Assembly: GCA_050250955.1 (NCBI GenBank)
Contig: JBFWNR010000006.1
Span: 54,716 to 118,715 of the forward strand
DNA from: Vicinamibacterales bacterium
Lineage (GTDB): Bacteria > Acidobacteriota > Vicinamibacteria > Vicinamibacterales > UBA2999
Direction: 5' to 3'
DNA: 64,000 nucleotides
This document shows positions 52,629 to 60,488 of the stretch, piece by piece. The position numbers were made by a program, and so were the translations under genes. Below the pieces are notes generated by a model that saw only the letters and a program-made list of their open reading frames with translations, made no database searches and was not told the origin of the DNA. How positions within the stretch are numbered: position 1 is the first letter of the stretch; each line of letters starts with the position of its first letter.

Positions 52629-53963
52629 ATGCGAAACCTCGGTTTCGGGTGTCTCGGTGGATTGACCGTTCTCGCCGCGGTGCTGGCGGCCCCCCAGGCG
52701 GCGGCGGGCCAGGGGCCCGACGGGCCGACCTTCACGAAGGACATCGCGCCGATCTTCCAGGCCAAGTGCGAGGCCTGCCATCGCCCCGACTCGATCGGGC
52801 CGATGTCGCTGCGCACCTATGCCGAGGCGCGGCCGTGGGCGCGCTCGATCCGCGCCCGGGTCGAGGCGCGGCAGATGCCGCCGTGGCACATCGACAAGAC
52901 GGTCGGCATCCAGGCCTTCAAGAACGACCGCTCGCTGACCGACACGGAACTGGCCACGGTGCTGGCCTGGGTCGATCGCGGCGCGCCGCAGGGCGACCCG
53001 AAGGACATGCCGCCGGCGAAGACCTGGCCCACCGAGCAGACCTGGCAGGTGGCCAAGCAGTACGGGCAGAGCGAGCCGGATCTGGTCATCCGCTCGGTGC
53101 CGTGGACGCAGAAGGCCGGCGCCAACGACACCTGGTGGCGGCCGATCGTGGAGAGCGGCCTGACCGAGGCCCGCTGGGTGCGCGCCGTGGAGGTGCGGCC
53201 GAGCACCCTCAAGGGCCGCAAGATCACCCACCACGCCAACGCCGACCTGCTGCAGCTCGATCCCGACCTGCCGTCGGCCGAGATGACGCCCGGCCGGTTC
53301 AGTGAGTGGGCGGTGGGCAAGGACGCCGAGTTCGTCCGCCCCGACGCCGGGATGCTGATGCTGCCGGGCTCGAAGATCGCCTGGGACATCCACTACTCGA
53401 ACGGCGGCGAGGACATCACCAGCGCCGTCGAGCTCGGCATCTACTTCTACCCGAAGGGCGAGACCCCGCGGTACCGCCAGCATCTGGTGCGCATGGGCAA
53501 GACCGGCGTCGGCGCGGTGGACATTCCGCCCAACACCGTGCAGATGACCGAGGCCTACTTCCCGCTGCGCCAGGCGGCGCGCATCGAGAGCTTCCAGCCG
53601 CACATGCACCTGCGCGGCAAGGCGATGACGCTCGAGGCGATGCTGCCGACCGGCGCCAGCGTGGTGCTGAGCCACGTGGCCGAGTTCGACTTCAACTGGC
53701 ACACCTCCTACGTCTACGCCGACGACGCCGCGCCGCTGCTTCCCAAGGGCACCATCGTCAAGGTGAAGGCGTGGCACGACAACACCGCCGCCAGCCGCGG
53801 CAACCCCGATCCGAACGTGTGGGTCGGCTACGGCCAGCGCACGGTGGACGAGATGGCGCACGCGTGGGTGAACGTCACCTACTTCAGCGACGAGGAGTAC
53901 GCGGGTCAGGTGGCGGCCCGCCAGGAGCGCCTGCGCGCCGCGTCGGCCGACCGGCAGCGGTAG
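52629..53963 (+). CDS. exported haem c motif protein fused to a PHM/DBH-like copper monooxygenase-like domain
   Basis: ATG 52629 is followed by a signal peptide. The N-terminal pattern is IAPIFQAKCEACHRPDSIGPMSLRTY...MPPWH. KITHHAN and FQPHMHLRGKAM plus a later Met resemble the CuH/CuM ligand patterns. Confidence 0.7.
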   Translation: MRNLGFGCLGGLTVLAAVLAAPQAAAGQGPDGPTFTKDIAPIFQAKCEACHRPDSIGPMSLRTYAEARPWARSIRARVEARQMPPWHIDKTVGIQAFKNDRSLTDTELATVLAWVDRGAPQGDPKDMPPAKTWPTEQTWQVAKQYGQSEPDLVIRSVPWTQKAGANDTWWRPIVESGLTEARWVRAVEVRPSTLKGRKITHHANADLLQLDPDLPSAEMTPGRFSEWAVGKDAEFVRPDAGMLMLPGSKIAWDIHYSNGGEDITSAVELGIYFYPKGETPRYRQHLVRMGKTGVGAVDIPPNTVQMTEAYFPLRQAARIESFQPHMHLRGKAMTLEAMLPTGASVVLSHVAEFDFNWHTSYVYADDAAPLLPKGTIVKVKAWHDNTAASRGNPDPNVWVGYGQRTVDEMAHAWVNVTYFSDEEYAGQVAARQERLRAASADRQR

Positions 53964-53976
53964 TCGGGACCCCGTC

Positions 53977-54942
53977 GTGCAGACGCGCACTGGACCGGCG
54001 ACGGCGGCGGCGCTCGCCGTGGCGGCGGCGTGGCTGCTCACCGCGGCTCCGGCGGCGCAGAAGCCGCGCGAACCGCTGCCCGGCGAGCCGCTCGGCGCCG
54101 GCGGCGAGGCGATCTTCCCGGTGCTCGAGGGCTGGGGACCGCTCAAGGACGGCTCGACGGCGATCCTGCTCGGCTACTACAACCGCAACCGCGGCGCCGC
54201 CTTCGACATCCCGATCGGGCCCGACAACCGCATCGAACCCGGCGGGCCCGACTACGGCCAGCCGACGCACTTCGAGCCCAGCCAGCACCACGGCGTCTTC
54301 GCGATCAAGGTGCCGGCCGGCTTCGGCACCAGCCGCCTGACCTGGACGCTGAAGGCCAACGGCCAGGAGGCGAAGGTGAGCTTCTGGCTCAACCCGCCCT
54401 ACTGGGTCGACTTCTTCAAGCATGCGGCCACTGGGAACGAGCCGCCGGTGGTGCGCTTCGCGCCCGGGGCGGCGGCCCACACCGGCCCGCCGGTGGGGTT
54501 CGCCGCGACGCTCGCCGGCGCGGTCGGGCAGGCGCTCCCGCTCACCGTGTGGGTGAGCGACGTGCCCGGACCGCTCGAAGGGCCCGACAACGAGCTGGCG
54601 GCGCAGCGCCGCAAGACGGCGCCGGTGGTCGATCCGGTGGCCATCGTCGGCGACACCACGTTCGGCGGCACCGGCCGGCGCACCGTGCCCGACGACTCGT
54701 CGAACCTTCTCGTCCACTGGCACCACTACCGCGGCGCCGGGCCGGTCAGCTTCGCCCGCGCCCGGGTGCCGGTGGCGACCGGCGGCGATGCGACCAAGGT
54801 GGTCGAAGCGGCGACCACCGCCACCTTCGGCGCGCCGGGCGAGTACGTGCTGCGCGCCCAGGTCTCCGACGAGTCGGGCGAGAGCGGCGGCGGCGACCAG
54901 TGCTGCTGGACGACAGTGCACGTGAAGGTCACGGTGAAATGA
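53977..54942 (+). CDS. exported hypothetical protein (two beta-rich modules, C-terminal CC motif)
   Basis: GTG at 53977. A signal peptide and coding-type bias are present. I recognise no family. It ends ...GGGDQCCWTTVHVKVTVK. Confidence 0.65.
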   Translation: MQTRTGPATAAALAVAAAWLLTAAPAAQKPREPLPGEPLGAGGEAIFPVLEGWGPLKDGSTAILLGYYNRNRGAAFDIPIGPDNRIEPGGPDYGQPTHFEPSQHHGVFAIKVPAGFGTSRLTWTLKANGQEAKVSFWLNPPYWVDFFKHAATGNEPPVVRFAPGAAAHTGPPVGFAATLAGAVGQALPLTVWVSDVPGPLEGPDNELAAQRRKTAPVVDPVAIVGDTTFGGTGRRTVPDDSSNLLVHWHHYRGAGPVSFARARVPVATGGDATKVVEAATTATFGAPGEYVLRAQVSDESGESGGGDQCCWTTVHVKVTVK

Positions 54943-54943
54943 C

Positions 54944-56980
54944 GTGACGACGCCGCGGCTGCCGATCCCGCTGGCGCTGGCGCTGCTGCTGGTCCCGCCG
55001 GCACTCGGGGCCCGGCAGACGCCGGGCGTGCCCCCGGGCGAGTGGCACTACATCGGCGGCGACGTCCGCCACACCCGCTACTCGCCGCTCGACGAGATCA
55101 CCGCCGACAACTTCGGCAAGCTCGAGGTGGCGTGGGTGTGGCGCGGCGACAACTTCGGCCCGTCGGCCGACCCGATCTTCCGCGCCACCCCGCTCTACGT
55201 GGACGGGCTGCTCTACGTCGTCGCCGGCCAGCGCCGCACCGTGGCCGCGATCGATCCCGGCACCGGCGAGACAGTGTGGACCTACCGCGAGCCGCCGACG
55301 ACGCGCTGGGATCGCGGCATGCGCAACAACTACGGCAAGGGCGTGGCCTATGCCGAGGTGGCCGGCCGCAAGGTGATCTTCTACACCTCGCCGGGCTTCT
55401 TCCTGCACGCCCTCGACGCCAAGACCGGGCTGCACCTCGAGAACTGGGGCGCGCGGGTGCCGATCGCCGGCTTCCCGGCGAGCGGCGTCGTCGACATGCT
55501 GCCCGACCTGGTCAAGGACTGGCAGCCGTGGCTGCAGTCCGAATACAAGTACGACGCCGAGCACGGCATCCCCCGCGATCTCGGCAACCTGTCCACCTCG
55601 TCGCCGCCGATCGTCGTCAACGGCGTGGTCGTGGTCGGCAACGTCCACGAGCAGGGCTACTACCAGACCCGCATCGAGAACATCCCCGGCGACATCCTGG
55701 CCTACGACGCCCGGTCCGGGAAACCGCTGTGGAAGTTCCACGTCATTCCGCGGCCGGGCGAGTTCGGCCACGAGACGTGGGAGAACGACGCCTGGCGGAC
55801 CACCGGCGACGTGTCGTCGTGGGCGCCGATGTCGGCCGATCCCGAGCGCGGGCTGGTCTACATTCCGACCAACCCGCCGACGATCGACTTCTTCGGCGGC
55901 TTCCGTCCTGGCGCCAACCTGTTCGGCACCAGCCTGCTGGCCCTCGACGTCAAGACCGGCCAGCGCCGCTGGCACTTCCAGATGGTCCATCACGACATCT
56001 GGAACTTCGACAACCCGCAGGCGCCGGTGCTGCTCGACGTGCCGATCGACGGGCGGATGACGCCGATCGTCGTCGAGACCACCAAGCAGGGGTTCGCCTA
56101 CGTCTTCAACCGCGAGACCGGCCGGCCGATCTGGCCGATCGAAGAGCGGCCGGTGGCGGCGTCGGACCTGCCCGGCGAGATCCTGTCGCCGACGCAGCCG
56201 TTTCCGACCCGGCCGCCGCCGCTCGAGATCCAGGAGCTCAGCGACGACAACCTGATCGACTTCACGCCGGAGCTGAAGGCCGAGGCGCGCGAGATCGTCA
56301 CACGCTACAAGATCGGCCCGCTCTTCAACCCGCCGATCCAGGTGGGCCACCCGTCGGGGCTGCGGTCGTTCGTGAGCTGTCCGTCCGGCGCCAGCAACAT
56401 CAACGGCCCCACCGTGGCCGATCCCGAGGCCGGCGTGCTGTTCGTGCCGGTCGATCGGTCGTGCCGCGCCGAGAACCTGGTGCCCGGCGCACAGATGGAC
56501 AAGCCCGACAACCCCAAGACCACCGGGCGCACGCTGTCGCGCTGGGTGGTGGCCAACCGCGGCGATCTGCGCGGGCCGCAGGGGCTGCCGATCTGGAAGC
56601 CACCCTACGGCCGCGTGATCGCCATCGACATGCGCACCGGCGAGTTCAAGTGGGAAGTGCCCAACGGCGACGCGCCGGACTTCATCCGCAACCATCCGCT
56701 GCTCAAGGGCCGCGACATCCCCAACACCGGCCGGCCCGGCCACGCCGTGCTGCTGCCGACCAGGACGCTGCTCATCACCGCGCCGCCCGGCCAGGCGCTG
56801 CTCTACGCGCTCGACAAGGCCACCGGCCGCCGCGTCGGCACCGCCAAGCTGCCGGCGCCGGGGCAATACGGGATGATGGGCTACCAGCACCGTGGCCGCC
56901 AGCACGTGGTGGTGCAGATCGGCAGCGGCACGCATCCCGGGTCGCTGGTCGCGCTCCGGCTCCCAGGTGAACTCCCGTAG
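54944..56980 (+). CDS. PQQ-dependent dehydrogenase (quinoprotein beta-propeller), exported
   Basis: The patterns are W.YIGGD...TRYSPLD.I...NF..L.VAW, TPLYVDG.LYV, G...W.Y and HHDIWNFD. The stop TAG at 56978-56980 lies in the CGTAGGG flank of a REP hairpin. Confidence 0.9.
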   Translation: MTTPRLPIPLALALLLVPPALGARQTPGVPPGEWHYIGGDVRHTRYSPLDEITADNFGKLEVAWVWRGDNFGPSADPIFRATPLYVDGLLYVVAGQRRTVAAIDPGTGETVWTYREPPTTRWDRGMRNNYGKGVAYAEVAGRKVIFYTSPGFFLHALDAKTGLHLENWGARVPIAGFPASGVVDMLPDLVKDWQPWLQSEYKYDAEHGIPRDLGNLSTSSPPIVVNGVVVVGNVHEQGYYQTRIENIPGDILAYDARSGKPLWKFHVIPRPGEFGHETWENDAWRTTGDVSSWAPMSADPERGLVYIPTNPPTIDFFGGFRPGANLFGTSLLALDVKTGQRRWHFQMVHHDIWNFDNPQAPVLLDVPIDGRMTPIVVETTKQGFAYVFNRETGRPIWPIEERPVAASDLPGEILSPTQPFPTRPPPLEIQELSDDNLIDFTPELKAEAREIVTRYKIGPLFNPPIQVGHPSGLRSFVSCPSGASNINGPTVADPEAGVLFVPVDRSCRAENLVPGAQMDKPDNPKTTGRTLSRWVVANRGDLRGPQGLPIWKPPYGRVIAIDMRTGEFKWEVPNGDAPDFIRNHPLLKGRDIPNTGRPGHAVLLPTRTLLITAPPGQALLYALDKATGRRVGTAKLPAPGQYGMMGYQHRGRQHVVVQIGSGTHPGSLVALRLPGELP

Positions 56981-57000
56981 GGCAGAACTTCAGTTCTGCC
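56981..57000. repeat. REP-like hairpin GGCAGAACTTCAGTTCTGCC
   Basis: It has a perfect 8-bp stem and the loop TTCA. It directly abuts the stop codon of the PQQ dehydrogenase gene. Confidence 0.85.
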
Positions 57001-57191
57001 GCCAACGGACTTCGACGACCGCGCCGGCGAAGGGCTGACTCGTCTCCCGCGTCCGAACCCTCCCCGCCCCACGACGCGAAGTCCGCGTCGCGGGGACCCC
57101 GAGGCCGGCCGTCAAACGCCATCGGGGGCGAGCGTCGGCGGAACGCAGGGTCCCGGGCGGTGCTGCGCGACGCGACGAGTCTCGTGCGTAG

Positions 57192-57211
57192 GGCAGAGCC
57201 TCAGCTCTGCC
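57192..57211. repeat. REP-like hairpin GGCAGAGCCTCAGCTCTGCC
   Basis: It has a perfect 8-bp stem and the loop CTCA. It is preceded by CGTAGG. Confidence 0.85.
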
Positions 57212-57707
57212 AGCCCCTCGCGTCGCCCCGGTCCCTGAACACCCTACGTGGACTTCGGCGCCTGGCCACCCGTGATGGCAATGCCGCCGGCATTCGACCG
57301 GCGATGCATCGCCGGTCGCTGCGTTGCTCCTCCCTCACATGCTGCTCGGCATGCTCGGTCGTCGACGCCTTGCGCTCGGCGCGCCTCACCGGTCTCGGTG
57401 CGGCGCCGGCACTGCCATCACGGGCGGCATTGGCGTTTGACGACTGACGATTGCGCGGCCTGCTCCGGAACGGCCGCGGGATCCGAGCCGGCCCTCCGCC
57501 GGCGGAGTCCACGCCCGCAACCGCGTCCGCAGCGGAACGAACTGTAATCCTGACGGCCGCCGCAGGAACTCCCGTGAAGGACCGCGCCGCGGACTCGGTG
57601 TTAGCATCAGCGCTGCAGTGCTTTACGTGAGGGACTGCGGCGCACCTCTTCCGAATTAGGCTGACGACGCTTGCAGGATGTCGGCGCGGTTCGCAGGTCC
57701 AATAATA

Positions 57708-57714
57708 GTTAGGC
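57708..57714 (+). other. GTTAGGC core (GTTRRRY) site at the left edge of the first cassette
   Basis: It is an exact GTTRRRY match. It is preceded by the AT-rich AATAATA and by two same-orientation relatives, GTTAGCA (57600) and ATTAGGC (57655). Confidence 0.45.
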
Positions 57715-57745
57715 AGAGCGGCGAACGTCATCTCAAGGCTCACAA

Positions 57746-58228
57746 GTGCTCTGGCAGATTCCTGCACTCGCAGAGTCGTCGTGGCTCAGCCCACAAGTAT
57801 CGACCCGGGCGGTGCTGATCGTCGGCCTCGCTACGATGTTCTTCGGCCCAGCGTTGGTATGGTGCGAGCGGTGGTTGCGTGGCGGGTCAGGCACAGCCAG
57901 CGTTCCAGGCTTGATGTTCAGTCTCGTTGCCATGCTCGCCGCACTCGTGGTGTCCGCCGCGACCGAACCCGGTGTCAACGCCGTCGCCACGCCCATCGAG
58001 TTCGGGGTTGCGTTGTGCGGCCTCGGTCTGTCGTATTGGCACTCACTGCGGGTCGGTGCCGCCCTTCAGCAAGTCCGCTTCGCAGCTGGCAGCTCCCGGG
58101 GGTCGGCGAATTGGCTCCTTGGTCTTGCGGCGTTCTCGCCTCTCGGAGGCCTTCTTCCGGCGTTCGCAGTCTTGCTTGCTGTCGCAGCGCTAAGCCATCA
58201 ATCCGCCGGTCGGCAATCGCCTGCCTAA
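57746..58228 (+). CDS. cassette ORF: small membrane protein (about 4 TM), unknown family
   Basis: GTG at 57746. Hydrophobic segments are present. The stop TAA at 58226-58228 lies inside the R'' box GCCTAAC of attC1. Confidence 0.45.
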   Translation: MLWQIPALAESSWLSPQVSTRAVLIVGLATMFFGPALVWCERWLRGGSGTASVPGLMFSLVAMLAALVVSAATEPGVNAVATPIEFGVALCGLGLSYWHSLRVGAALQQVRFAAGSSRGSANWLLGLAAFSPLGGLLPAFAVLLAVAALSHQSAGRQSPA

Positions 58229-58297
58229 CCAGCGGTTGCAGCCGACGGCGCGCGGTGGCATTCTGAGCGCGCCGCGGCTGAACCGCGGTCGTTAGGG
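58223..58297 (+). repeat. attC-like site 1 (75 nt)
   Basis: GCCTAAC ... GTTAGGG. The arms 58232-58253 and 58267-58288 form a ~20-bp stem with single-base bulges at G58238 and A58245. It matches attC2 at 60/75 positions, and the differences cluster in the central loop. Confidence 0.65.
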
Positions 58298-58312
58298 CGG
58301 ACCGGCGAGCAG

Positions 58313-58525
58313 CTACAGGTCTTCGGGGCGCAGGCCAGTGCGCTTGCTGATCCTGGCGAGCATTCTCGGACCGAGTTCCTCGTCGTCGTGAAACGCAAAG
58401 ACGACGTCTGGCCAGTTGGGGCGGGCCAGCGTTCGGTGCGATCCGGATTGCCGCTTGACGACCCAGCCGATGCGGGCCAATGCCGCGATAACGCGGCGGG
58501 CCTTCGTGGCGGGCCAGTTGCTCAC
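58313..58525 (-). CDS. hicA: HicA-family mRNA interferase toxin
   Basis: The pattern K.RRVIAALARIGWVVKRQSGSHRTL......VVFAFH...ELGPRMLARISKRTGL is the HicA/YcfA pattern. GTG 58525 overlaps the hicB stop (GTGA). Confidence 0.85.
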   Translation of the reverse strand: MSNWPATKARRVIAALARIGWVVKRQSGSHRTLARPNWPDVVFAFHDDEELGPRMLARISKRTGLRPEDL

Positions 58526-58737
58526 GCCGCGTTGAAGGTGACGTTCAGCAGATCTGAGGGCGTTTCGCTGTGCTCAAGGCGCTCGGCGATCACTCGGAGC
58601 GCCAAGGCCTGGACCTTGGCGACGGCCTCACTGCGATCGGCACCATAGCAGATCACGCCCGGCAGCGCGGGCACCTCGGCGAGCCAGCGGCCATCGTCTT
58701 CCCGCTCGAGCTCGATCGTGAAGGTCATTGGGTCCAC
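58522..58737 (-). CDS. hicB: HicB-like antitoxin (short form, no DNA-binding domain)
   Basis: The pattern FTIELEREDDGRWLAEVPALPGVICYGADRSEAVAKV is the HicB N-domain pattern. The start is GTG 58737 or ATG 58728. Confidence 0.8.
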   Translation of the reverse strand: MDPMTFTIELEREDDGRWLAEVPALPGVICYGADRSEAVAKVQALALRVIAERLEHSETPSDLLNVTFNAA

Positions 58738-58756
58738 TCTACACCCCCAATCGGCT

Positions 58757-58831
58757 GCCCAACAAGCGGTTGCAGCCGACGGCGGCCAAGCGCATCATGA
58801 GGCCGCCGCGCCTGAACCGCGGTCGTTAGAA
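58757..58831 (+). repeat. attC-like site 2 (75 nt)
   Basis: GCCCAAC ... GTTAGAA. It has the same arm sequences and the same two bulges as attC1, with a different loop. Confidence 0.65.
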
Positions 58832-58879
58832 CGCCACGCAACGCCCTCCGGCGACGGAGGGCACCCAAAGGGGAAACCC

Positions 58880-59173
58880 ATGTATGTGATGCAGGCCACC
58901 TTCAAGGCGAAACCCGGCAAGGCGCAGGCTCTGGCAGACCGGATCTCTGCCGCCGCTGTCGCGGTCTCTTCCGATACGCGCGTGAAGGAGTGGCGCGTGC
59001 TCATCGACCATGTGGCTGACTTCTGGACTGTCGTGTTCGAAGCGTCGTTTGAGCACCTCGACGACTACTTCGCGGTGATCTCGCAACCTGAGGCGCGGGC
59101 GGCGATGGAGGGGTACCTCGACTTGGTCGAGAGCGGTGGGCGCCGGCTGTTCAGGCTTGCGGCGGAAGGCTAG
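58880..59173 (+). CDS. cassette ORF: 97-aa protein, possibly dimeric alpha/beta-barrel (ABM/Dabb-like)
   Basis: ATG 58880 has a GGAGG/GGGG-rich leader. The stop TAG at 59171-59173 lies inside the R''-like box GGCTAGC of attC3. Confidence 0.55.
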   Translation: MYVMQATFKAKPGKAQALADRISAAAVAVSSDTRVKEWRVLIDHVADFWTVVFEASFEHLDDYFAVISQPEARAAMEGYLDLVESGGRRLFRLAAEG

Positions 59174-59253
59174 CCTGTTCGAAGGCGTCGAGCGAAGTGG
59201 ACGGGGGCGGCAGCAGACTTCCGGGACGTTGGACGGGCTGAACGACGTTAGCC
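59168..59253 (+). repeat. attC-like site 3 (86 nt, more degenerate)
   Basis: GGCTAGC ... GTTAGCC, with boxes complementary at 6/7 positions. The arms (CTGTTCGAAGGCGTC / GACGGGCTGAACGAC) form an imperfect stem with unpaired bases. Confidence 0.5.
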
Positions 59254-59583
59254 AATCAGTTCGAAGAGGCCCTCGAGCACTGCCGCCAGTTCCTCGTCGG
59301 CCACCCTGCCCAACCGACGGCCGATGCGTTCAGTCGAGAGGGTGCGTATCTGGCCGGTCTTGACCCACGAGCGTTTGGGCAGCTTGGGTGTCCGCAACTC
59401 AAGCGTCAACGGGAATCCCGCGCGCGGCTCCTGGCTGGTCAGCGCGACGGCGATGACGGTTCCCGACCGCTCATTGAAGACATCGTGGCTGAGCACGAGC
59501 ACGGGCCGCTCGCCGGCCTGTTCGTGTCCTCGCGTCGGGTTCAGCTCGGCCCAGCGAATCTCGCCCCTCAGTATTCGGGCCAT
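59248..59583 (-). CDS. mazF: MazF/PemK-family endoribonuclease toxin
   Basis: The pattern is RGEIRWAELNPTRGHEQAGERPVLVLSHDVFNERSGTVIAVALTS......FPL.......LPK.SWVKTGQIRTLS.ERI. The stop overlaps the R' box of attC3. Confidence 0.9.
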   Translation of the reverse strand: MARILRGEIRWAELNPTRGHEQAGERPVLVLSHDVFNERSGTVIAVALTSQEPRAGFPLTLELRTPKLPKRSWVKTGQIRTLSTERIGRRLGRVADEELAAVLEGLFELIG

Positions 59584-59807
59584 GGGCTGTCCGCTCCCCA
59601 CGCCTCGTCGGCGAAGCGTCGCTCTTCGGCGGGGTCGAGCTTGGCGCATTCTTCGGCCAGGCGGGTGCGCGCGAGCCGCGCCAACTTCTCGGCCAGCGCG
59701 GTCTCAATCGCCTGGCTCCGGTTGCGAAACCGCGCGCGAGCCACGAGATCGTCAACCCGATCGAGCAGGGCCGAATCCAACGTCAAGGCGACCTTGGTCT
59801 TGGGCAT
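59568..59807 (-). CDS. ribbon-helix-helix antitoxin (MazE/CopG-type)
   Basis: ATG at 59807. The pattern MPKTKVALTLDSALLDRVDDLV....FRNRSQAIETAL is an RHH. It overlaps the mazF start by 16 nt. A TATAAA-like box lies upstream on the minus strand. Confidence 0.8.
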   Translation of the reverse strand: MPKTKVALTLDSALLDRVDDLVARARFRNRSQAIETALAEKLARLARTRLAEECAKLDPAEERRFADEAWGADSPWPEY

Positions 59808-59998
59808 GGCAGTATGACGATTTATACCACCACGTGAGCCACCCGGTCTATCGACCGCCGCTGTCCAGACCCGGAAGGCCGGGCGTCGGAAGCGCTCGCG
59901 GTGCTGGCGGGTCTGCCGGTGATCCCGGTGCGCAAAAGGCCTACCGGTGCCGCAACTGTAGTGATCGCAGCGAGTATCGGCAGGAGGCGCAGAATCCC

Positions 59999-60460
59999 GT
60001 GAACAAGGTGACACCGTTCCTGATGTTCAACGACCAGCTCGAGGCGGCGATCGCGTTCTACACCGCGACGTTCCCGAACTCCGAGGTGCGCCAGGTGGCC
60101 CGCACCGGCACCGACGGTCCGATCAGCTCCGCCGAGTTCGTCGTCGGGGGGCAGCCCTTCATGGGCTACAACGGCGGGTCGTACTTCAGCTTCTCCGAAG
60201 GAGTGTCGCTCTACGTGGACTGCGCGGATCAGGCCGAAGTGGACCGGTACTGGGACGCGCTCGTGAAGGCCGGCGCGACGCCCACGCAGTGCGGGTGGAT
60301 CAAGGACCCCTTCGGGCTCACCTGGCAGATCGTCCCGCGGCGGTTCACCGAGCTGATCCGCGACCGGGACCCGAAGAAGGTCAAGGCGGTGATGGGCGCC
60401 ATGATGACGATGGTGAAGCTCGACGTCGCGGAGCTCGAGCGGGCCTACAACGAGGCGTAG
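59999..60460 (+). CDS. VOC/glyoxalase-superfamily protein (PhnB / 3-demethylubiquinone-9 3-methyltransferase-domain type)
   Basis: An AGGAGG RBS lies 11 nt upstream of GTG 59999. The patterns are VTPFLMFN.Q.EAAI.FY...F.NSE and GW.KD.FG..WQIVP. Confidence 0.8.
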   Translation: MNKVTPFLMFNDQLEAAIAFYTATFPNSEVRQVARTGTDGPISSAEFVVGGQPFMGYNGGSYFSFSEGVSLYVDCADQAEVDRYWDALVKAGATPTQCGWIKDPFGLTWQIVPRRFTELIRDRDPKKVKAVMGAMMTMVKLDVAELERAYNEA

Positions 60461-60488
60461 TCGTGCCCGTCCAGGCGGACAGTCGTCG

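Larger units (their letters stand above)
57600..59830 (+). mobile_element. integron-type gene-cassette array without integrase (CALIN-like)
   Basis: Three attC-like sites lie in the same orientation, together with an upstream GTTAGGC core site. They delimit 0.5-0.6-kb units of one gene or one TA pair. GC content is visibly lower than in the flanks. Confidence 0.65.

Noticed and set aside
57541-57606. A possible degenerate attC site. It shares the 10-mer CGCGCCGCGG with attC1 and ends in GTTAGCA.
   Set aside because: The left half has no convincing R'' box, and the arms do not pair (CTGACGGCC versus GGACTCGGT). I treat it at most as a relic and mention it only under the attI-like finding.
56981-57745. 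A search for an integron integrase or its remnants next to the cassette array.
   Set aside because: None of the six-frame ORFs in this stretch shows tyrosine-recombinase motifs (R...H-x-x-R...Y, ALTGLR or HTLRHSFAT-like). The translations are Arg/Pro/Ala-rich. I therefore do not annotate an intI gene or pseudogene.
59808-59998. A possible fourth attC site after the mazEF module.
   Set aside because: This stretch has no GTTRRRY box or complementary RYYYAAC box. It contains only short local hairpins (CGGTC-TATC-GACCG at 59844-59857 and GACCCGG-AAGG-CCGGG(C)GTC at about 59867-59887). The right-hand boundary of the array is therefore undefined. The VOC gene at 59999 is not claimed as a cassette.
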